This document shows positions 57,664 through 64,000 of a stretch of DNA of 64,000 bases, piece after piece. The notes below the pieces were generated by a model. It saw nothing but the letters and a program-made list of their open reading frames with translations. It made no database searches and had not been told where the DNA came from. Position 1 is the first letter of the stretch. Each line of letters opens with the position of its first letter. The stretch is from the NCBI GenBank assembly GCA_949289265.1, contig CASENE010000042.1, positions 859 through 64,858 of the forward strand. The letters run 5' to 3'. A program made the position numbers and the translations under genes. Source of the stretch: an uncultured Bacteroides sp. GTDB lineage: Bacteria > Bacteroidota > Bacteroidia > Bacteroidales > Bacteroidaceae.

Positions 57664-57839
57664 TGGTTAGTGATTAGTGATTAATACGTGCCGACTTCCC
57701 TTGCGAATCGCCGAGCACTAATCACTAAACACTAATCACTAAACACTAAACGCCAATCACTAATCACTAATCACTAAACGCTAATCACTAAACGCTAAAC
57801 GCCAATCACTAAACACTAATCACTAATCACTAAACACTA
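57649..57839. repeat. TTAGTGA/CACTAAW heptamer inverted-arm element (~5 vs ~17 units)
   Basis: gtggttagtgattagtggttagtgattagtgattaat, 31-nt spacer, cactaat/cactaaa/cgctaaa run at 57716-57839. Confidence 0.9.
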
Positions 57840-57849
57840 TACACATATT

Positions 57850-58422
57850 ATGCTGAACATCGTAATTTTCGGTGCTCCCGGCTCAGGCAAGGGAACACAG
57901 AGTGAGAGAATCGTAGAAAAGTATGGCATCAACCACATCTCCACCGGAGACGTGCTGCGTGCCGAAATCAAGAACGGCACCGAACTGGGCAAGACAGCCA
58001 AGGGATACATCGACCAAGGCCAGCTCATCCCCGACTCGCTGATGATAGACATCCTGGCCAGCGTGTTGGACGGCTTCAAGGACTCGAAGGGCGTCATCTT
58101 CGACGGTTTCCCCCGCACCATCGCCCAGGCCGAAGCGCTGAAGAAGATGCTGGCCGAACGGGGCCAGGAGGTCAGCATCATGCTGGACCTCGAAGTGCCC
58201 GAAGACGAACTGATGACGCGCCTCATCCTGCGCGGCCAGCAGAGCGGACGCGCCGACGACAACGAGGAGACCATCCGCAAGCGCCTCACCGTCTACCACA
58301 GCCAGACGGCTCCCCTCATCGACTGGTACAAGCAGGAAGGCAAATACTGCCACATCAACGGCCTGGGCGAACTGGAGCGCATCACCAGCGATATCTGCGC
58401 GGCTATCGACCAGGTAAAGTAA
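57850..58422 (+). CDS. adk: Adenylate kinase (short LID)
   Basis: FGAPGSGKGTQ, HISTGDVLR, FDGFPRT, GRADDNEETIRKRL. Confidence 0.97.
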   Translation: MLNIVIFGAPGSGKGTQSERIVEKYGINHISTGDVLRAEIKNGTELGKTAKGYIDQGQLIPDSLMIDILASVLDGFKDSKGVIFDGFPRTIAQAEALKKMLAERGQEVSIMLDLEVPEDELMTRLILRGQQSGRADDNEETIRKRLTVYHSQTAPLIDWYKQEGKYCHINGLGELERITSDICAAIDQVK

Positions 58423-58437
58423 AAAAACCGAAGCGCC

Positions 58438-58752
58438 ATGTCTAAAGAAGAATGCACCAACCGGCTATCGTCTGTCCTGTTCTGGGACGTTGACCGCGAC
58501 CAGTTTGACATGGACATACATTCTGCCTTTCTCATCCAACGCGTGCTGGAATACGGCACGCGGGATGACTGGCGCATCATACGCGATTATTATGGCTTGA
58601 ACAAAATAGTGGAATGCTGCAAGCAGATGCGCACGCTCGACCCCATGGCCTTGTCTTTCATCTGTTGCATATCCCATACCAAAGAAGAGGAATACAGATG
58701 TTATCATTTCAGACGGTTGAACCCGGAACTTTGCTTCTTCTCCGAAAGATAA
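58438..58752 (+). CDS. DUF6922-like protein, predicted antitoxin partner of AbiEii
   Basis: LFWDVD, IQRVLEYGT..DW...DYYG; overlaps the downstream NTase gene by 55 nt. Confidence 0.75.
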   Translation: MSKEECTNRLSSVLFWDVDRDQFDMDIHSAFLIQRVLEYGTRDDWRIIRDYYGLNKIVECCKQMRTLDPMALSFICCISHTKEEEYRCYHFRRLNPELCFFSER

Positions 58753-59318
58753 TGCAAGCCGACTGTCTGTCGGAGACGCGACTGGTGGGTGGCACAGCAT
58801 TAGCCTTGCAATACGGTCACCGCACCTCGGTAGATCTCGACCTATTCGGCCACGTGGCCGAAGGAAGCGAGGAAGCCATTGCAGAGATCTTGCAGCAGGC
58901 CGGACGACTGACTATCGGCAAGGTATCCCGGAACATCAAAATGTATAAGGTGGATAATGTCAAGATAGACATCGTGAATTACAACTATCCATGGATAGAC
59001 CACTGCGTGCAAGAGGACAAACTCCGCTTGGCCTCACCCAAGGATATTGCCGCCATGAAGATTAACGCCATTGAAGGACGTGGCTCCAAGAAGGACTTTA
59101 TCGACCTCTATATCCTGCTACAACATTACACATTGGACGAGATACTCGACTTCTACCAACAAAAATACCCTGAACACTCTCTATTCCGTGCCGTGCTAAG
59201 TCTCACCTACTTCAATGACGCAGATGCTAATCCCATGCCACGCATGTTCCTCCCTACGTCGTGGGAAGAGATGAAGATGGCCATTCAAAGGGAAGTGGAG
59301 ATGTATTCCAACAGGTGA
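58698..59318 (+). CDS. AbiEii/AbiGii family nucleotidyltransferase toxin
   Basis: RLVGGTALALQYGHRTSVDLDLF, DIAAMKINAI.GRGSKKDFIDLY, LTYF.DA. Confidence 0.88.
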   Translation: MLSFQTVEPGTLLLLRKIMQADCLSETRLVGGTALALQYGHRTSVDLDLFGHVAEGSEEAIAEILQQAGRLTIGKVSRNIKMYKVDNVKIDIVNYNYPWIDHCVQEDKLRLASPKDIAAMKINAIEGRGSKKDFIDLYILLQHYTLDEILDFYQQKYPEHSLFRAVLSLTYFNDADANPMPRMFLPTSWEEMKMAIQREVEMYSNR

Positions 59319-59359
59319 AAAACGCGCATCTGCACTGCAAAAAGTGCAAATTCCACACA

Positions 59360-59396
59360 AAAGTGCACTGAATTCAGTGCACTTTATCTATCTTTG
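59360..59396 (+). promoter_or_regulatory. Perfect 26-bp palindrome next to a -7 box
   Basis: aaagtgcactgaattcagtgcacttt (59360-59385), then TATCTTTG (59389-59396). Confidence 0.7.
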
Positions 59397-59417
59397 TATA
59401 TAATTCATTTATATGGT

Positions 59418-60407
59418 ATGGTTCAAATAATTTGTGATACTTGGAAAGAAGCAAAAGGATTTATTTTGCAACATCCTGAACTTATCGGGCAAGTTATGCT
59501 TAAGTCCGAAGGAAAGAATATTACAGACATATATGATCCGAATCATACAAGAGATTGGACTAGCCAAATATCACAAGAAGAACTCATTCAGATAATAGAT
59601 AGTATAGAAAATATATTAGAGCCGTCTATCAAGACTGGTTCCAATGGTGTTTATAAAGAGTTATTATCTGATCAGAGATGGATAGACAAAAGCAATAAGA
59701 TTAAGAGAAGAGATTTTGATACTTGCACAAGATGTTATAATAGTGTTGTATTAAACAATATCTCAGAGTTAAGAGCTTATCTAAGTAATGAAAGAGATTT
59801 TGAAAAAATAAAAAGTCTATTCCCGTATAAGCCAACTGATTTAGAGTTAAAAGAGTGCGATAGAACCAACTCCATAGTAACACATGGATACATCCCCTCT
59901 ATCGGACTTTGGATTTATGATATAGTACATACGCCAAAATGTTTGGGGGATACAAATTATAAAGGTATCATATTTTCAAATAAAGAAATCCAAACTGATA
60001 ATTGTAAGTGGGCCTCTAGCATTTATAATTCTATCAACCCTACAATATCTGATTACAAAGGAATAAACAGACATCTGTATTGGCAATATTGCGAATCGGG
60101 AAATACTGATAACAAACTCATATTATCGCATAGCGTTAGCGTGGACAAAGTACCTTATTTCCCTAGGGACTATAGAGGAATAGGCATACTTACTTACAAC
60201 CAATACAGCATCATCTTTCCGCTATTCCAACTGAATACGGTTAATTTATTAGAAGTACACCATAAAGTGTACAAAAAGATAAATGGAGAATTTATAAAGC
60301 CGTGGGAATATGAAGATGGGGAATTAGAAACACTTTGCCATTCTTGTCACCAACAACAGCACAAAGAAGAGAACATAAAGATAATTCATCGCAACACTTT
60401 CAAATAA
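59418..60407 (+). CDS. AT-rich HNH endonuclease-like protein with a large internal insert
   Basis: Y.ELL.D.RW..K...IK.RD..TCTRC, ~170 aa, then LEVHHKVY...[18 protein letters not shown]; in-frame ATG at 59418 (track start TTG 59394). Confidence 0.7.
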   Translation: MVQIICDTWKEAKGFILQHPELIGQVMLKSEGKNITDIYDPNHTRDWTSQISQEELIQIIDSIENILEPSIKTGSNGVYKELLSDQRWIDKSNKIKRRDFDTCTRCYNSVVLNNISELRAYLSNERDFEKIKSLFPYKPTDLELKECDRTNSIVTHGYIPSIGLWIYDIVHTPKCLGDTNYKGIIFSNKEIQTDNCKWASSIYNSINPTISDYKGINRHLYWQYCESGNTDNKLILSHSVSVDKVPYFPRDYRGIGILTYNQYSIIFPLFQLNTVNLLEVHHKVYKKINGEFIKPWEYEDGELETLCHSCHQQQHKEENIKIIHRNTFK

Positions 60408-60417
60408 CAATCATACT

Positions 60418-61605
60418 ATGCCAGAATCCAACTTCGTAGACTACGTGAAGATATACTGCCGCTCGGGCAAGGGCGGACGAGGTTCCACCCACATGCACCG
60501 CGCCAAATACATGCCCAAGGGAGGCCCCGACGGCGGCGACGGCGGACGCGGCGGAAACATCATCCTGCGCGGCAACCGCAACTACTGGACGTTGCTGCAC
60601 CTGAAGTACGAACGACACATCCTGGCCGGACACGGCGAGAACGGCTCGAAAAACCGCAGTTTCGGCAAAGACGGCGAGGACAAAGTCATAGAAGTGCCCT
60701 GCGGCACCGTGGCCTACAACGCCGAGACGGGTGAATACCTATGCGACGTCACCGAACACGGGCAGGAAGTCGTCTTGCTGAAAGGCGGACGAGGCGGACT
60801 GGGCAACTGGCACTTCCGCACCGCCACCCGGCAAGCCCCGCGCTTCGCCCAACCCGGCGAACCGATGCAGGAAATGACCGTCATCCTGGAACTGAAACTG
60901 CTGGCCGACGTGGGCCTGGTGGGCTTCCCCAACGCAGGCAAATCCACCCTGCTCAGCACCGTGTCGGCCGCCAAGCCCAAGATAGCCAACTACCCCTTCA
61001 CCACGCTGGAGCCCAACCTGGGCATCGTGTCCTACCGCGACGGCAAGTCGTTCGTCATGGCAGACATCCCCGGCATCATCGAGGGGGCCAGCCAGGGCAA
61101 GGGCCTGGGACTGCGCTTCCTGCGGCACATCGAGCGCAACTCCCTGCTGCTGTTCATGGTGCCAGCCGATGCCGACGACATCGCCCGGGAATACGAAATC
61201 CTGCTGAACGAACTGCGCACCTTCAACCCCGAGATGCTGGACAAGCAGCGCGTACTGGCCGTCACCAAGTGCGACATGCTGGACCAGGAACTGATGGACG
61301 AAATAGAGCCGACGCTGCCCGCCGGCATCCCGCACGTGTTCATCTCCTCCGTCACCGGACTGGGCATCGACACCCTGAAAGACATCCTTTGGACGGAACT
61401 GAACAAGGAAAGCAACCGCCTGGAGGGACACATCGAAAGCATCGCCCACCGTCCCAAAGACATGAGCCACCTGCAGGAAGAACTGAAGGAAGAAGGGGCG
61501 GACGAAGACCTCACAGTGGAATACATCGACGAGGACGACATCGAAGACCTGGAGAACTTTGAATACGAAGAAGACTGGGACGAGGAGACCGACGAACAGA
61601 AATAG
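60418..61605 (+). CDS. obgE: GTPase Obg/CgtA
   Basis: [52 protein letters not shown], acidic C-terminal tail. Confidence 0.98.
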   Translation: MPESNFVDYVKIYCRSGKGGRGSTHMHRAKYMPKGGPDGGDGGRGGNIILRGNRNYWTLLHLKYERHILAGHGENGSKNRSFGKDGEDKVIEVPCGTVAYNAETGEYLCDVTEHGQEVVLLKGGRGGLGNWHFRTATRQAPRFAQPGEPMQEMTVILELKLLADVGLVGFPNAGKSTLLSTVSAAKPKIANYPFTTLEPNLGIVSYRDGKSFVMADIPGIIEGASQGKGLGLRFLRHIERNSLLLFMVPADADDIAREYEILLNELRTFNPEMLDKQRVLAVTKCDMLDQELMDEIEPTLPAGIPHVFISSVTGLGIDTLKDILWTELNKESNRLEGHIESIAHRPKDMSHLQEELKEEGADEDLTVEYIDEDDIEDLENFEYEEDWDEETDEQK

Positions 61606-61609
61606 GGGT

Positions 61610-62905
61610 ATGAAGAACATCCTGGAAACCCAACGGCTCTGGCTGCGCGAGCTTCGGCCGGAAGACTTTGACGACGCCTGCCTGCTGCTGCAAGACCCCG
61701 ACGTGATGTATGCCTACGAAGGGCCTTTCAGCCGCGAGGAGGTGCAGGATTGGCTGGACAGGCAACTGTGCCGCTACCGGGAAGACGGCTTCGGACTGTG
61801 GGGCGTGATAGAAAAGGAGAGCGGCACCCTGATAGGGCAATGCGGCATCACCCGGCAACCGTGCGGCGGCTCCCTGGTTGCCGAAGTGGGCTACCTGCTC
61901 CGGCGGGCATATTGGCACCAGGGCTATGCCACCGAGGCGGCCCGCGCCTGCAAAGCATATGCGTTTCAGACACTGGGTTTCCAAGAAGTCTATTCCATCA
62001 TACGCGACACCAACCTGCCCTCGCAACGGGTGGCCCTGCGCAACGGCATGCACCTGGTGGGACAAATCGTGAAGCATTATAAAGGAGTGGACATGCCGCA
62101 TCGGGTCTTCAAGGTGGAGAAAGATGCCCGCCTGCTGCGCCACCTGCCACACCGTCCCGAAGTCTGCGCCTTCAGCACCACCCGCCACGGCGGCGTCAGC
62201 ACAGGCGCCTATGCCTCGTTGAACTGCACGCCCTACACGGGCGATGACCCGGCCTGCGTGCAGCGCAACCGGGAAATCCTGCTCGATGCCCTGCCCCAAC
62301 GTCCGCGCGAACTCATCATCCCCTGGCAGACGCACGACACACGGGTGCTCCCCATCGACGACGCCTTTCTCTCGGCCGATGCCGACCAACGCCACGCCTT
62401 GCTGCAAGGCATTGACGCCCTCACGACCGACCGGCCCGGCATCTGCCTCTGCATCTCCACCGCCGACTGCATTCCCCTCCTGTTATACGACCGCCGCCAC
62501 CGAGCCATCGCCGCCATACACGCCGGCTGGCGCGGCACGGTGAACTTCATCGTGGGCCACACGCTGGAGCTCATGCACAGCCTCTACGGGACAGAGGGAA
62601 CTGACATCGAGGCCGTCATCGGCCCCGGCATTTCGCTCCAAGCCTTCGAGGTGGGCGACGAAGTGTACGACGCCTTCCGCCGGGCGGGCTTCCCCACCCA
62701 TCGCATCGCCTGCCGGAAGGAGAAATGGCACATCGACCTGCCCGAAGCCAACCGCCTGCAACTGCTGGACTTCGGCGTACCCTCTTCGGCCATCGAATCG
62801 TGCGGCATCTGCACCTACACGCAGTGCGAAGACTTCTTTTCGGCCCGCCGCCTGGGCATAAAGTCCGGACGAATACTGACGGGAATCCTGCTAAACCATC
62901 TATAA
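61610..62905 (+). CDS. pgeF: GNAT (RimJ/RimL-like) acetyltransferase fused to peptidoglycan editing factor PgeF (YfiH)
   Basis: N-half ETQRL.LR, EVGYLL...YWHQGYATEAA, N..SQRVA.RNGM; C-half FSTTRHGGVS, QTH, DALTT, TADCIP, HAGWRG, FFSARR; one uninterrupted frame. Confidence 0.85.
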   Translation: MKNILETQRLWLRELRPEDFDDACLLLQDPDVMYAYEGPFSREEVQDWLDRQLCRYREDGFGLWGVIEKESGTLIGQCGITRQPCGGSLVAEVGYLLRRAYWHQGYATEAARACKAYAFQTLGFQEVYSIIRDTNLPSQRVALRNGMHLVGQIVKHYKGVDMPHRVFKVEKDARLLRHLPHRPEVCAFSTTRHGGVSTGAYASLNCTPYTGDDPACVQRNREILLDALPQRPRELIIPWQTHDTRVLPIDDAFLSADADQRHALLQGIDALTTDRPGICLCISTADCIPLLLYDRRHRAIAAIHAGWRGTVNFIVGHTLELMHSLYGTEGTDIEAVIGPGISLQAFEVGDEVYDAFRRAGFPTHRIACRKEKWHIDLPEANRLQLLDFGVPSSAIESCGICTYTQCEDFFSARRLGIKSGRILTGILLNHL

Positions 62906-62926
62906 CTTTTCACATCACTCATCATT

Positions 62927-63598
62927 ATGGAATTTCACCTCACCCTTTCCCCCGAAATCCGGCAGCACTGCCCCGAATACCGCGGCGCGGCCGTCCTGGC
63001 CACCGTGACCAACACGCCCCATTGCGAAGCCCTCTGGCAGGAAATCGACGCCTTCACGCAGACGCTGCGCGCCACGCAGACGGCAGACAGCATCAAGCAA
63101 CAACCCGCCATTGCCGCCACGCGCGAGGCCTACCGCCGCCTGGGCAAAGACCCCAGCCGCTACCGCCCCAGCGCCGAAGCATTGCGACGCCGGTTGCTGC
63201 GCGGACTGGAACTGTATCGGATTGACACGCTGGTGGACTTGATAAACCTGGTGTCCCTGCGCACGGGCTACAGCATCGGCGGATTCGACGCGGACAAGAT
63301 TCAGGGCACGGAGCTTTGCCTGGGCGTGGGCCGGGCGGGCGAAGCGTTTGAAGGCATCGGCCGCGGCCCGCTCAACATCGAGGGGCTGCCTGTCTACCGC
63401 GACCTGACAGGCGGCATCGGCACGCCCACCAGCGACCACGAGCGCACCAAGATGGACGTGGGCACGCGGCGCATCCTGGCCCTCATCAACGGCTACGACG
63501 GGGATGAGCAGCGGTTGCACGAGGCTGCGGAGATGACGCAGGAACTGCTCAGAAAATATGCGGAGAGCGACGGCGGAGAGGTGACGTATTACGGGTAA
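62927..63598 (+). CDS. B3/B4 (PheT editing-like) domain protein
   Basis: R.AYRRLGKDPSRYRPSAEAL.RR, I.TLVDLINLVS, GGFDAD, GIGTPTSD. Confidence 0.88.
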   Translation: MEFHLTLSPEIRQHCPEYRGAAVLATVTNTPHCEALWQEIDAFTQTLRATQTADSIKQQPAIAATREAYRRLGKDPSRYRPSAEALRRRLLRGLELYRIDTLVDLINLVSLRTGYSIGGFDADKIQGTELCLGVGRAGEAFEGIGRGPLNIEGLPVYRDLTGGIGTPTSDHERTKMDVGTRRILALINGYDGDEQRLHEAAEMTQELLRKYAESDGGEVTYYG

Positions 63599-63601
63599 AG
63601 C

Positions 63602-63946
63602 TCATAAACCTATACCGTTACGGCGCAGAATATCCATCAGTTCGGCATCGCTGATGTTTTCCCGCTCCGACTTGTCGTAGATGGTAATCAACTTGACTTC
63701 AGTTTCGATTTGGGCAAAAACGACCGTGTAGGTTATCACCCGCGCGCCGCCGCTCTTCCCCTTGCCTTTGGAAGCAATGGGCATCCGGACTTTGCGCAAA
63801 TGATGTCCCAGGCTTGTCCCCAGCAAAGGGTTTTCGTGCAAATCCTCACCTAACTTAGCCAAGTCAGCCCGCAAAGATTTATACCGCTTTGCCAGCCTTT
63901 TCATCTCCTTGAGGAAATCAGGGGTAACGGTAATCTTACAATTCAT
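63602..63946 (-). CDS. RelE/ParE-superfamily type II toxin
   Basis: F.KEMKRLAKRY.SL, NP.LG..LG..LRKVRM, KGKSGGARVI, IYDKSE.ENI. Confidence 0.85.
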   Translation of the reverse strand: MNCKITVTPDFLKEMKRLAKRYKSLRADLAKLGEDLHENPLLGTSLGHHLRKVRMPIASKGKGKSGGARVITYTVVFAQIETEVKLITIYDKSERENISDAELMDILRRNGIGL

Positions 63947-64000
63947 TGAGCGCCTCCTCCAAAGTCTTAAATTCCAACTTGCCCTCCAAGTTCAGCTTCA
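63936..64000 (-). CDS. C-terminal end of the probable cognate antitoxin (partial)
   Basis: Reads ...KLNLEGKLEFKTLEEALNEL*, overlapping the toxin start by 11 nt (ATGAATTGTAA). Confidence 0.55.
   Translation of the reverse strand, partial: KLNLEGKLEFKTLEEALNEL

Noticed and set aside
58614-58697. Longer N-terminus of AbiEii given by the ORF track
   Set aside because: It lies wholly within DUF6922 and family similarity starts at Met 58698. Upstream extensions of panD, guaA, crp, susC, DUF5723 and GNAT-pgeF were trimmed for similar reasons.

Overview
Core chromosome of a high-GC Bacteroidales (Bacteroides/Phocaeicola-like) bacterium, identified by many TAnnTTTG -7 promoter boxes, SusC/SusD genes and Bacteroidota-specific DUF genes. 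About 55 CDS and two tRNAs (Tyr-GTA, Gly-TCC); no rRNA, CRISPR array, integrase or classical IS. Housekeeping blocks: nfnAB-like fusion, panD/panC, a glycogen-type locus, trkH, guaA, mscL, gap-dcp-dCMP deaminase-S41 protease, recF, ribH, truA, nnr, hpt-adk-obgE-pgeF. Most notable: (1) a 15.3-kb minus-strand amino-sugar locus (ROK kinase, MFS, SIS protein resembling the GlcNAc-6P dehydratase NagS, SusC/SusD, lipoprotein, NagA, GH9-CE4 fusion, DUF5009, EamA); (2) a 2-kb islet inside hpt-adk-obgE with a DUF6922/AbiEii pair and an AT-rich HNH protein whose nuclease motif is split by a ~170-aa insert, behind a perfect 26-bp palindrome; (3) a glycogen locus whose GT5-like and GH57-like proteins both lack canonical catalytic motifs; (4) many intergenic repeats: hairpins built from inverted 7-10-bp microsatellite arms, a three-copy GGAGTTA element and 22/23-bp phased arrays. 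Also an Rpn nuclease, a GNAT-PgeF fusion, a porin gene remnant and a RelE-like module. All family calls come from motif recognition by eye and from memory; no database search or computation was run. Several starts were moved downstream of the ORF-track starts.
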